A stretch of DNA of 42,470 bases, from assembly GCA_003551565.1 (NCBI GenBank), contig PUMZ01000323.1, forward strand, positions 1 to 42,470, written 5' to 3'. Shown here one piece after another: positions 9,474 to 19,151 of this stretch (position 1 is its first letter; every line of letters begins with the position of its first letter). Origin of the DNA: Candidatus Brocadiaceae bacterium (GTDB lineage Bacteria; Planctomycetota; Brocadiia; SM23-32). The notes beneath the pieces were generated by a model. The model did not search any database, was not told where the DNA came from, and was given only the letters and a program-made list of their open reading frames with translations. The position numbers were made by a program, and so were the translations under genes.

Positions 9474-10444
9474 ACTGTCTTTAACGTTTGAATTGCTTCT
9501 TCCGCCCAATAGGATATTATAGCAGCGGCGCCGGCCCTTTTCATTGCGGTCAATGCTTCGATGAAGGCATCGGTTTCATCCAGACGTCCGCACCCGGCCG
9601 CCGATTTAATCATGGAGTACTCACCGCTGACCTGGTAGGCGGCGACCGGCAGGCGGGTGGCGTTGCTCAGATCGAGAAGCACGTCGAGGTACGGCATTGC
9701 GGGTTTAACCATCAGCCAGTCGGCGCCTTCTTTTTCGTCGAGCAGGGCGTCCCTGACGGCTTCCTCTCTGTTTTCCGGCGGCAGTTGGTACCCCGAGCGG
9801 TCACCGAATCCGGGGTTCGACCCCGCGGCTTCCCTGAAAGGCCCGTAAAAAGCGGAGGCAAATTTGGCCGCATAGGACATTATACCTGTGCGGGTGAAAT
9901 TGTTTTCATCAAGCGCCGACCTTACTGCGTCCACCTGGTGATCCATCATGGCTGAAGGCGCCACCATGTCGGCGCCGGCTGCGGCATGAACTGCGGCAAC
10001 ACGTCCGAGGAGACGGACGGAGGCGTCGTTATCGACCTCCCCGCTCGCGGTCAGCACGCCGCAGTGCCCGTGCGTGGTATACCCGCACAGACAGAGGTCG
10101 GTCAGTACGGCAAGTTCGGGTCGCGCGCTCTTTATCGCCCGGATCGCCTCGGGCACGAGACCGTCTTCACGCAGGGCATAGTTTCCGGTGCTATCTTTTG
10201 CTTTTTGCGGCGGGACGCCGAACAGCATGACGGCGGGGCTTTGCAGCGTTTCACACGTCTTTGCGAGAACATCGACGGACATTCGCCTTACGCCCGGCAT
10301 CGCATTGATGTTTTCGGTTTTTCCCGTCCCTCCAATGGCGAAAAGGGGCAGTATCAGGTCATCTGCTGTGAGCGTGGTGCGGCGTGCCAGGCGCCTGATC
10401 GCGCCGGTGCGCCGCCCCCTTCGCATTTTTGTGGCGTGGTTCAT
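9470..10444 (-). CDS. hemB: Porphobilinogen synthase (ALA dehydratase), zinc type
   Basis: DLCLCGYTTHGHCG, APSAMMD, MVKPAMPYLD and AYQVSGEY. Confidence 0.95.
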   Translation of the reverse strand: MNHATKMRRGRRTGAIRRLARRTTLTADDLILPLFAIGGTGKTENINAMPGVRRMSVDVLAKTCETLQSPAVMLFGVPPQKAKDSTGNYALREDGLVPEAIRAIKSARPELAVLTDLCLCGYTTHGHCGVLTASGEVDNDASVRLLGRVAAVHAAAGADMVAPSAMMDHQVDAVRSALDENNFTRTGIMSYAAKFASAFYGPFREAAGSNPGFGDRSGYQLPPENREEAVRDALLDEKEGADWLMVKPAMPYLDVLLDLSNATRLPVAAYQVSGEYSMIKSAAGCGRLDETDAFIEALTAMKRAGAAAIISYWAEEAIQTLKTV

Positions 10445-10471
10445 GGTGTCTCTATGTTTCCTCTGCCCGTT

Positions 10472-11761
10472 TCAGCCCGTGTTACTGCAAAGCTCAAAAG
10501 CGCGCATGGCTCCTTCCACCGTTTTTTCCACATCCTTTTCCTCATGGGCAATCGAGAGAAAGTTGGTTTCAAATGCCGATGGAGACATATATATGCCTTG
10601 TTTCAGCATTGCGCGAAAAAAGTGAGCGAACGTCTCTGTGTCCTGCTGTTGAGCTCCATTATAGTCAACGGGTGGCAGCGCCGTAAAGAAAAGACTGAAC
10701 ATCGAACCTGTCCGTGACACTTCAACGTCAAGATCAGCTTGCTCGGCGCCTTTCTCAAGACCCCGGCACAGACGTTCGGTCCGTTCCCTGAGTTGTTTGT
10801 ACGGGCGCAACGCTTCCAGTTTGTCTAAGATCGCTATTCCTGCGCTGACCGAGACGGGGTTCCCGGACAGGGTGCCGGCCTGGTAAACATCGCCGTCGGG
10901 AGCAAGATGGTTCATTATCTCCTTTCTGCCGCCAAAGGCGCCGACCGGCATCCCGCCGCCGATGATTTTGCCGAGGCATGTTATGTCGGGCGTGACGCCG
11001 TAGCACTGTTGCGCCCCGCCGTAGGAGAGGCGAAAACCGGTAATGACCTCATCGAATATCAGGACCGCCCCGCAGCGGTCCGCGGCCTCGCGCATCTGTT
11101 GCAGAAACCCATCACGCGGGGGAATGACCCCGCAGTTCGCCATGACGGGCTCGGTGACGATCGCTGCCAGGGAGTCGCCGTGCTCTTTTATGGCATCTTC
11201 AAGCTTCTCAGGATCGTTGAACGGGAGCACGAGCGTGTGCTTGACGAAATCCTCGGGCACTCCCGCACAATCGGGCACGCCGAAAGTTGCGGCGCCCGAG
11301 CCGGCCCGTCCGAGCAGATGGTCGGCATGGCCGTGGTATGCACCTTCAAATTTTACAACTTTGTCCCGGCCTGTATAGCCTCTTGCCAGCCGCACCGCGC
11401 TCATCACCGCTTCCGTGCCGGAATTTACAAGCCGCACCCTGTCGATCGAAGGCACGGCCTCTGCAATCATCCGGGCCAGCTCCACTTCTTTGCGGGTCGC
11501 CGTGCCGAAACTCGTCCCTTTCTGCGCGGCATCGATGATGTTGTCGGTAACGGCCGGGTCGGCGTGCCCGGCTATAAGGGCTCCCCATGACATACAGTAA
11601 TCTATGTAACTTCTGCCCCGTTCATCGGTGATCGATGCGCCTTTCCCGTGGTGCATGAAAACGGGATCGATGCCGATCGATTGGAAAGATCTCACAGGGC
11701 TGTTCACACCGCCGGGGATGTATTTTCTGGCATATTCAAACAGGTTGTCTTTCGTTTGCAT
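10472..11761 (-). CDS. hemL: Glutamate-1-semialdehyde 2,1-aminomutase
   Basis: PGGVNSPVR, NSGTEA, FDEVITGFR, LGKIIGGG and QAGTLSGNP. Confidence 0.97.
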   Translation of the reverse strand: MQTKDNLFEYARKYIPGGVNSPVRSFQSIGIDPVFMHHGKGASITDERGRSYIDYCMSWGALIAGHADPAVTDNIIDAAQKGTSFGTATRKEVELARMIAEAVPSIDRVRLVNSGTEAVMSAVRLARGYTGRDKVVKFEGAYHGHADHLLGRAGSGAATFGVPDCAGVPEDFVKHTLVLPFNDPEKLEDAIKEHGDSLAAIVTEPVMANCGVIPPRDGFLQQMREAADRCGAVLIFDEVITGFRLSYGGAQQCYGVTPDITCLGKIIGGGMPVGAFGGRKEIMNHLAPDGDVYQAGTLSGNPVSVSAGIAILDKLEALRPYKQLRERTERLCRGLEKGAEQADLDVEVSRTGSMFSLFFTALPPVDYNGAQQQDTETFAHFFRAMLKQGIYMSPSAFETNFLSIAHEEKDVEKTVEGAMRAFELCSNTG

Positions 11762-11900
11762 ATCCGTTTCTCCAAAGTTGACTCCCTACCGTCGTTCTCT
11801 GCGCTATCCGTACCTGCCTGCGGGCATGCCGCTGAGAAATACCTGCCCTTTCCGTTTCCGTCACCACCCCTTTGAGTCGCTATTCGATCCTTTCAATAAA

Positions 11901-12290
11901 TATCCCGGTTGTTTCACGCGTGCTCGGTGGTGCAGATGTGGCAGAAAGCAAACGCCGCCTGCCTGTGCACAGGCCCGAAGGGCCGATTTCAACAACCTGC
12001 CTGTGCGCCGTGCCTGCACCATCGCATGGCAGGCAGGTTGCACCTGTCTGCGTCGCGGAAGCGACAGGCAGGCGCAGACAGGTAGCCCCGGGCGACCAAA
12101 GGGAGTCCGGGGAAACAGAGAACACGCAATCCAATCAGCCCCGCAAGGGGCGAAACAAAATCCGGCGAAGGTTGTCACGCCCCTCCGGGGCTGGGCGTGG
12201 AAAAGCGCTACAGTTCCCCGCGGCTCGCTCCGTTCACCGCGGGCTATTGTTGTGCCGCCCCTGCCGGAGCTCACCCCAAAAGAGGCCCGG
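11901..12290 (+). mobile_element. Repeat element E3: module A + C + REPIN-like array (R) carrying nested C palindromes
   Basis: A is near-identical to 7744-7808; R matches 38351-38508; four GC hairpin units start at 11972, 12138, 12179 and 12257. Confidence 0.85.
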
Positions 12291-12337
12291 GGCCATGCTT
12301 TCGCTCAAGTCCGCAGGCGGGGTGCAGGAGTTTCGCG

Positions 12338-13603
12338 TTACATCTCCTGCGCCTGTCCGCCGGCCCCGGCGACGCGGTTGCGTCCCGCGCTTTTTGCTTT
12401 ATACAGCGCCTGATCGACGTTTCGTATCAGTGAAAGAGGAGTCACTTTAGTTTTCCCCTCCTCATCTTCAGCAATGGCTGCAACCCCAACACTGACCGTG
12501 ATGGCTATGGGGCGGCCATCTTCCGCCGTCAACCTCAGAGCCGCCACTTCCTCCCTGAGCCGGGATGCGATCACAAAAGCGCCTTCAAGGGGGGTGCCGG
12601 GCATGATCACCAGCAGTTCATCTCCGCCAAAACGGGCCGGAATGTCGGCGGAGCGTATGGAGGCTTTAACGGTTTTCGTGACCGCTTGCAGCACGTGATC
12701 ACCGGATAAATGCCCATGGGTGTCGTTGACATCTTTAAAATTGTCAAGATCGATCAGCATTATTGAGAGCGATCGTCTGTAGAGTTGTGCTATCCTCAGC
12801 TCCTCTGCAAGTTTCGAGAGCATGTAACGCCGGTTAAAAATACCCAGCAATCCGTCAAGATTGGCCTGTCCCCAGAGTTTTTTGTGCAACTGCATCTGGC
12901 CCAGGTAACGAACGGTGAGGATACATAAAACAGCCAGTATTATGGGAATGAAAGGGATATTGATGGTCTTGTAAGAAAAAGCCATCGTTACGGCGACCGG
13001 AAACAAAAAAATCGTGGCGAGGATCTCATGCCGGTTGCCCGTCTGCTGCCTCAACTCTTCTTCCGCCCAGCCCGTTTTTTTGTCCAGTGCGCCCAGTATT
13101 TTCAAATAGGCATTGTTCAGCGGTATATGCAGAATGAGGTAGACGAACAGTACCACGCCGCCGAGCAGGAGCATGCGCGTGAAATCTTCATGGGCGATTC
13201 CGGGGATATGCTGCGAGATCAGTTCCATGGCAATGCCGCCGGCGCTGTAAACAAGAGCGTATTGGGCCGTGCGGAAAAGAACCGGTTCTTTAGACCGGCT
13301 TTTGAGAAATCCACCTGTAATGACGGAGGCTGATACCGCTATGGAGACGGCTGTCACGGTGTTGTAAACCAGCATTGTCGCCAGCACGATGCCGAAGCTG
13401 CCCGATATTGTTCTGCCGTGGGGCAGAAGGACATAGTTGAGTTCGACCATGAGCAGGAGGGAAAAAAACAGCATCACGCCCAGGTTGAAGATTTTTTCGG
13501 AAAAATCCTCGTAAGGCGCTTCCATTGCGATGGCTGTTGCAAAGGCAATCGCTCCGAGGCTTGCCAGGGCGCCCAGAAAAAGATATAAATTGGCCTTTTT
13601 CAT
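12338..13603 (-). CDS. Membrane-bound diguanylate cyclase (multi-TM sensor plus GGDEF domain)
   Basis: Several hydrophobic helices, then IDLDNFKDVNDTHGHLSGD, RSAD I-site and ARFGGDEL. Confidence 0.9.
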   Translation of the reverse strand: MKKANLYLFLGALASLGAIAFATAIAMEAPYEDFSEKIFNLGVMLFFSLLLMVELNYVLLPHGRTISGSFGIVLATMLVYNTVTAVSIAVSASVITGGFLKSRSKEPVLFRTAQYALVYSAGGIAMELISQHIPGIAHEDFTRMLLLGGVVLFVYLILHIPLNNAYLKILGALDKKTGWAEEELRQQTGNRHEILATIFLFPVAVTMAFSYKTINIPFIPIILAVLCILTVRYLGQMQLHKKLWGQANLDGLLGIFNRRYMLSKLAEELRIAQLYRRSLSIMLIDLDNFKDVNDTHGHLSGDHVLQAVTKTVKASIRSADIPARFGGDELLVIMPGTPLEGAFVIASRLREEVAALRLTAEDGRPIAITVSVGVAAIAEDEEGKTKVTPLSLIRNVDQALYKAKSAGRNRVAGAGGQAQEM

Positions 13604-13645
13604 ATTAAGTGCCGATTTGCTTTTGCTTGCGAAAAAGGATGCGAC

Positions 13646-15091
13646 TCAATCGGACATTTCATCCAGTTCTTTCTGGAGAAGCTCCCTGGCCTTTTTCGCG
13701 TCGGCCTGGCCCCGGGTCAGGCGCATGACCTGTCCGACAATGGCGCCGATGGCCTGTTTCTTGCCTCCGCGGTAGTCCTCCACCGCCTCCGGCGCTTCGC
13801 TGATCGCCTGCCGGATAATCGGCGCCAGGTCTTCGGAGTCGCTTATGGCTTCCACCCCCATCTCTTGAACCAGTGCATCGGGCGCCTTGCCGGTCTTTAT
13901 CATCTCCGCCAGCACGTCGCGGGCTGCCCGGGCCGTGATGCGCCCGTTGTCGGTCATCTCGATCAGTTCCCCCAAAGCTGCGGGCGCGACGCTGAAGCCG
14001 GTGATATCGATTTTCCGTTCGTTCAGTGCAGCCATGATATCGTTCATGATCCAGTTGGCGACGCTTTTTGGGCTGTCATAGGCGGCCAGCACGTTCTCAT
14101 AATAATCGGCCAGCTCGCGTTGATCGGTCAGGACCGAGGCATCGTAATCGCTCAGCCCGAACCCGGTGACAAAACGCTCACGGCGCCGCAGCGGGAGTTC
14201 CGGGACCTGACCCTCCAGACGCTTGAGCCACTGTTCGTCAATCTCGTAGCGGATCAGGTCCGGCTCGGGGAAATAACGATAATCATGCGCTTCTTCTTTG
14301 GAACGCATCCGCCGGCTGCATTCCGCTGTTTCGTCCCACAGCCTCGTTTCCCGTTCGATCCGGTCACCCCGGTCAAGCATTTGTGCCTGCCGTTGGATCT
14401 CGTATCTCAGGCAGGCGGAAACGGCTTTCATGGAGTTGAGGTTCTTTATCTCAACGCGCCCGCCCAGTTCGTTCTCGCCGGCCCTGTTGAGGCTGATGGA
14501 GGCTTCAAAGCGCAGCGAACCCTCCTGCATCCGGCAATCGGACACCTCGCTGTAAAGCAATATGCGGCGCAGGGTCTGCATGAAACTCTCGGCCTCCTCA
14601 ACGCTCCGCATATCCGGGGCGCTCACGATCTCCAGCAGCGGCATGCTGGAACGGTTCAGATCCAGAAGACTGTAGGTGGCGCCGGGGTAGTCGACATGCA
14701 TATTTTTTCCGGCATCCTCTTCAAGGTGCACGTTCCATATCCTGATCTTTTTTGTCCCACCGTCCACAGGTATGGAAATATGCCCTTCCACCCCCAGGTT
14801 GCAGTCATTCTGCGATACCTGGTAGTTTTTTGGCAGGTCGGGATAAAAGTAGTGTTTCCGATCGAAGAAAGTGCTTTTGTTGATATGGCACTTCATCGCG
14901 ATCGCCGCCCTGACGGCGAGTTCGAAAGCCTTCTTGTTCATCACCGGCAGCACACCGGGCATTCCCAGGCAGATCGGGCAAGTTTGCGTGTTTGCAGGTT
15001 CTCCGAACCGGGTGCTGCAGCCGCACCACAGCTTGCTATCCGTCAGCAGCTCCGCATGGGTCTCGAGTCCGATAACAATCTCGTATTCCAT
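13646..15091 (-). CDS. gatB: Asp/Glu-tRNA amidotransferase subunit B
   Basis: MEYEIVIGLETHAEL, FDRKHYFYPDLPKNYQ, HLEEDAGK and RSKEEAHDYRYFPEPDL; start moved to ATG 15091. Confidence 0.97.
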   Translation of the reverse strand: MEYEIVIGLETHAELLTDSKLWCGCSTRFGEPANTQTCPICLGMPGVLPVMNKKAFELAVRAAIAMKCHINKSTFFDRKHYFYPDLPKNYQVSQNDCNLGVEGHISIPVDGGTKKIRIWNVHLEEDAGKNMHVDYPGATYSLLDLNRSSMPLLEIVSAPDMRSVEEAESFMQTLRRILLYSEVSDCRMQEGSLRFEASISLNRAGENELGGRVEIKNLNSMKAVSACLRYEIQRQAQMLDRGDRIERETRLWDETAECSRRMRSKEEAHDYRYFPEPDLIRYEIDEQWLKRLEGQVPELPLRRRERFVTGFGLSDYDASVLTDQRELADYYENVLAAYDSPKSVANWIMNDIMAALNERKIDITGFSVAPAALGELIEMTDNGRITARAARDVLAEMIKTGKAPDALVQEMGVEAISDSEDLAPIIRQAISEAPEAVEDYRGGKKQAIGAIVGQVMRLTRGQADAKKARELLQKELDEMSD

Positions 15092-15147
15092 GTTTTTTCC
15101 CTCGATATCCGAGCCGAAACGAGCACAGGGCAGCGGCGCCCGGCGGA

Positions 15148-15867
15148 TCAAATCACCAGTTGCTCCCTGACCAGCTTCATCTGTTCGCTTTTCAGTGTTT
15201 CAGAGCCCTTACGGGCCAATTCCAGCAGTTTATCCAGGCTCTCACGTCCGAAAGGGGCGGATTCCGCGGTTCCCTGCAATTCCACAAATTCCCCGCCATG
15301 GGTCATAACGACGTTCATATCAACCGAAGCAGCTCTGTCTTCCGGAGCGGATAAATCCAGCAGGCAGCGGTTCTCAACGATACCGACGCTGACCGCGCAT
15401 ATGCCCTGGACTATGGGTATGACTTCGATCGCCCCCTCATCTTTCAACTTCGCGAGCGCATCGACAAGCGCCATGAAGCCGCCGGTAATGGATGCCGTGC
15501 GGGTGCCGCCGTCCGCCTGCAGCACGTTGCAATCGATCCATACCGTTCGCAGCCCTATCTGAGTCAGGTCAACCGCCTGCCGCAGGCTTCGTCCGATCAG
15601 ACGCTGGATCTCGCTGGTCCGCCCGCTAGCCCTGCCATGCAGACTCTTCCTGTCCGGGTTGGCGCTGGGCAGCATGGCATACTCGGCGGTAACCCACCCC
15701 GTCTGTTTCTGGTGGCAGTGATGCGGAACCCTGTCTTCGATCATGGCTGAGCATACCACGCGGGTATCGCCGGCCTCCACCAGCACCGAGCCCGCGGCGT
15801 ACTTGGTAAAATCTCTGGTAAAACGCAAAGGTCGCATCTCGTCTTCCAGGCGTCCGTCGGTTCTCAT
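15148..15867 (-). CDS. rph: Ribonuclease PH
   Basis: GWVTAEYAMLP, EIQRLIGRSLR, QADGGTRTASITG and ELQGTAE. Confidence 0.97.
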   Translation of the reverse strand: MRTDGRLEDEMRPLRFTRDFTKYAAGSVLVEAGDTRVVCSAMIEDRVPHHCHQKQTGWVTAEYAMLPSANPDRKSLHGRASGRTSEIQRLIGRSLRQAVDLTQIGLRTVWIDCNVLQADGGTRTASITGGFMALVDALAKLKDEGAIEVIPIVQGICAVSVGIVENRCLLDLSAPEDRAASVDMNVVMTHGGEFVELQGTAESAPFGRESLDKLLELARKGSETLKSEQMKLVREQLVI

Positions 15868-15869
15868 TG

Positions 15870-16436
15870 TCAACCCCTTTTCCCGAAAAAATTCAAATGC
15901 AGGATATCTTTCGAAGTCCGCTTGGGCACCTGCGTGTATTCCTCCTTCACCGTTACCTCCCGATCACCATCATTATTGACAGCCTTCACCTTTTCGTCCG
16001 GATAGCCGAGGGCCACAACGAATTCAACCGAATATTTGTCCGGAATGCCCAGCAAGTTCGCCAGTTCGGTCCTGCTGATGGAACCGAACCAGCAACTGCC
16101 CAGCCCCCTGGAATGAGCCGCCAGCAGCATGTACGTCGTCACACTGGCGCAATCGGACACCCCATCAGATTTTTCATCCGAGATGATCACTGCATAGGCC
16201 GTGGGCCTGCTGTCGGCCGGGGGGGGACCCACGGCCGGCAGCCATGCAAGCGTCTCGTAAACCTTGCGGATGTTCTGCGGGTCGTCGACCAGAACAATCT
16301 CCCATTCCTGCCTGTTTGCGGCGGATGGAGCGAACCTGCACATATCGACCACTTCGCACAAGATCTCCCGTGGTACAGGTTTCTGCTGGTACCGTCTTAC
16401 AGATCTGCGTGTCTTTAACGCATCTCCAATATCCAT
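15870..16436 (-). CDS. Nitroreductase family protein
   Basis: RRSVRRY, APSAANRQEW, GLGSCW and VALGYP. Confidence 0.9.
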   Translation of the reverse strand: MDIGDALKTRRSVRRYQQKPVPREILCEVVDMCRFAPSAANRQEWEIVLVDDPQNIRKVYETLAWLPAVGPPPADSRPTAYAVIISDEKSDGVSDCASVTTYMLLAAHSRGLGSCWFGSISRTELANLLGIPDKYSVEFVVALGYPDEKVKAVNNDGDREVTVKEEYTQVPKRTSKDILHLNFFGKRG

Positions 16437-16553
16437 TGTTGACTCCCTGAAGAAATGTTGACATTCATGCGCAATCGCGGGTATTGAAGGCGGTATCGGC
16501 AGGGCCGGCGATCTCCGCGCTATCCGCTGAAACTTCTTTTGACTGACCGACTG

Positions 16554-18044
16554 TTATTGTCTTTCGCGCCGGCGTTCCAGCACGGCGGAAAGCCGCTTTT
16601 TACTGTAACGTACCCCAATGCTCGATTCACCGCTGTAATGAACTGTGCCGGCTTCCGCGCCCCTGACGGGTTGTACGTATTTGCGCAGCGTATGTATGAC
16701 CCTGACAAAACCCGCACCGCGCATTTTCGAGTAATGAATGGCCAGTTGCGCCCCCTCGAGGAGGGTCTCCTCCGGTATCTCGCGGCCCTTCGGCCTGCGG
16801 ATAATCACATGCGCACCGGGATGGCCCATAACGTGCATCCAGCAATCGTTTCCCCGGGCGATTGAAAACGTCAGCTGGTGGTTCTGCTGCCGGTTGCGGG
16901 CCACAAGTATCTCGAAACCGTTCTCGGATAAAAAACGCCGCGGACCGCCCGCTTCGTCCCGTTGCGGACCGTTCGGCTCCGGGCCGGCCTCACGCAACAG
17001 GTCTTTCACTTCCACGCTGTCTTCGATTTTTTTAAGTTCTTTAAAAGACTTTGTATTATCGAGTGAATCGGAAATCATTTCAAGTTCATTGGATTCTCTC
17101 TCTATCCGATCAAGCCTCTTGCGCAGGGGCATGATGCTGTTTTTCAACCTCTTATAACGCCGGAAAAAACGCTGTATGTTTTCCTGCGGGCTCAGATGCG
17201 GGTCCAGCTCAATGCACCTTTCGGGAGCACCTTCCCGGAAAAAATCCCTGACCGTTACGCTTTTTTGTCCCTTAACCATATCCGGGAGCGCGATTTTCAG
17301 CAATTCACCCTCCCTGCGCACGTCTTCGGCATTTGCGGCTGTTTGCAGATCGGATCCGATCTTGCCGCTCAATCGCCGGAGCTTGACGCGCCTTTGCCTG
17401 ATGCGTTTTTCAAGTTCCCGGTAATGTTTCAAAAATTCGGAGCGTTCTTCGGCGCGCCCATAATGATCTATAATCGCGCGGCTCAGAGAAAGCACATCGT
17501 CGGGATCGTCCTCGGACGCAAACCTGTTCTCCTCCGCCCTCTCGTGCGCCGGCGGCGGCGGCGGCGTTTCGTAACGTCGCCCCGGCATCAAACGTCTCCG
17601 GTCCGAATCACGGGAGAAAAGGCATCCAAGGATCGTATCGGCTGTATCGACCAGAACAATGTTGCTCCCGCCGCCGGTCAGCTCGGCAATAAGACGCAGG
17701 GGCTGTTCTTTCAACAGAGCGTCACGCTTCGTGCAGTGCAGCACCACGACCCTGTCGCCCTCGGCCCACGTCAGTTTTTTTACAGGAGATCCGGTCAGGT
17801 TCTGGCGTAAAACATTGCAGAACCCCCCGGCAGGCGCGCCGGCCGCGGGTCGCGAGGTTAACAGGTGCAGGCGGCTGAATTCCGGATGTGCGTCGATTTG
17901 CAACCAGTACCTCCCGGTCCGGTTGCGGATCTGAAGGACCACACAATGCCGTTCCGGCTGGTCGATACGCACGATCTTGCCCCCCCCAACCAGGGGAGAC
18001 AGACGGGCTGCTACCATCCGTATTTCAGCAGTTGTCAGTGACAT
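16554..18044 (-). CDS. rqcH: NFACT family protein (RqcH/FbpA-like ribosome quality control factor)
   Basis: NFACT-N with GDRVV and LIAELTG, coiled coil, LDPHLSPQENIQRFFRRYKR, and NFACT-R ARNRQQN..WMHVMGHPGAHV. Confidence 0.85.
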   Translation of the reverse strand: MSLTTAEIRMVAARLSPLVGGGKIVRIDQPERHCVVLQIRNRTGRYWLQIDAHPEFSRLHLLTSRPAAGAPAGGFCNVLRQNLTGSPVKKLTWAEGDRVVVLHCTKRDALLKEQPLRLIAELTGGGSNIVLVDTADTILGCLFSRDSDRRRLMPGRRYETPPPPPAHERAEENRFASEDDPDDVLSLSRAIIDHYGRAEERSEFLKHYRELEKRIRQRRVKLRRLSGKIGSDLQTAANAEDVRREGELLKIALPDMVKGQKSVTVRDFFREGAPERCIELDPHLSPQENIQRFFRRYKRLKNSIMPLRKRLDRIERESNELEMISDSLDNTKSFKELKKIEDSVEVKDLLREAGPEPNGPQRDEAGGPRRFLSENGFEILVARNRQQNHQLTFSIARGNDCWMHVMGHPGAHVIIRRPKGREIPEETLLEGAQLAIHYSKMRGAGFVRVIHTLRKYVQPVRGAEAGTVHYSGESSIGVRYSKKRLSAVLERRRERQ

Positions 18045-18139
18045 ATCCTCTGGAGTCCATTATAATGGAATAAAATCGTGATCCTGTAACCGAACCGAAA
18101 GGGGGGCCGGACCGACAGCAGATGGTAAAAGGTGAAAAC

Positions 18140-18904
18140 ATGACCACAAATATTATTGTAACAGGAAGAGGCGGAACTGGAAAGAGCACGTTTGCAACGT
18201 TGGCAGTCAAAGAACTCAAAGGCGCCAGATTGATAATCGATGCCGACCCCGACCAGTGCCTTTCGGCGCTGCTGGGCGTGGACCTGGATGAGGCGGGGAT
18301 CAAAACCGTATCGGAAGCCCTGTTTGAGATACAAAAGGGCGAAACCGATGCGTCGATGGACTCGATGCCTCTACCGGAAAAAGTCGACTACCTGCTCCAG
18401 CTTTCCTGCCTTTACGAATCGCCGGAATTTGATCTGCTGACGCTCGGCGTGAAGTGGACCAGGGGCTGTTACTGTGCACCGAATAACGCCTTGAGAACGC
18501 TTATAACCGAGCTTGCTTCCAACTATGACTACGCTGTTTTCGATTCGCCGGCCGGCCTTGAACATATCAACCGGCGTATAGTGAGCCGCGCCGATGATAT
18601 ATTCGCTATCGTGGACCCTTCCGCGAAAGCCCTGAGAAATGCCGAACATGTCATCGATATTGCAGACACCATCGATTTTTCCTTCAAAAACCTCTACACG
18701 GTGGCCAATTACCGTTTCCCGGAGGATCTTCTCGCAAGCCTTGAAAACATGGACCATTCGCGCTATCTGGGCAAGGTGGAGCACGACGCCCGGGTGGAGA
18801 GCCTTGACTGGTCGGGCGATTCTCTGCTCCGGCTGCCTGCGGACTCACCGGCATGCCGCTCAGTGCGGGAATTGCTGGCGAAAGCAGGCTACAGAACGCA
18901 GTGA
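18140..18904 (+). CDS. cooC: CooC/AcsF-type nickel-insertion ATPase (CODH/ACS maturation family)
   Basis: GRGGTGKST, IDADPD, GCYCAPN and DSPAGLEHINR. Confidence 0.85.
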   Translation: MTTNIIVTGRGGTGKSTFATLAVKELKGARLIIDADPDQCLSALLGVDLDEAGIKTVSEALFEIQKGETDASMDSMPLPEKVDYLLQLSCLYESPEFDLLTLGVKWTRGCYCAPNNALRTLITELASNYDYAVFDSPAGLEHINRRIVSRADDIFAIVDPSAKALRNAEHVIDIADTIDFSFKNLYTVANYRFPEDLLASLENMDHSRYLGKVEHDARVESLDWSGDSLLRLPADSPACRSVRELLAKAGYRTQ

Positions 18905-19151
18905 GCGGCCTTTCCGGCGGCCCCGCTTTCTTTCGCCGGCCCGGATTTCTCGGATAATTTTGCAATGATAATGCTTATCTGCTATCAAGATCAACCTTAT
19001 GTCTGCTCCCGGAGATTGACAGGGGTGACTTCCCTCTGATTCCGCAACTGGTTTTTACCGTTCGTATGAAACAAAAGACGCATTTTGCTACAATGGTAGG
19101 TAATGTCCGTTCGCACTGTTGTTCATTACGGCACAAAATTGTGAAATTCCA

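Noticed and set aside
11762-11900. Riboswitch upstream of hemL
   Set aside because: It contains a TACCTGCC direct repeat and a partial C unit, but I could not match cobalamin, SAM or glycine riboswitch cores.
11628-12450. ORFs spanning the E3 repeat, and those over E1, E2 and E5
   Set aside because: Translations of palindromic repeat DNA (Arg/Pro/Cys-rich), with no RBS or family motifs.
13646-15091. gatB without adjacent gatA/gatC
   Set aside because: Split gatCA and gatB arrangements are common.
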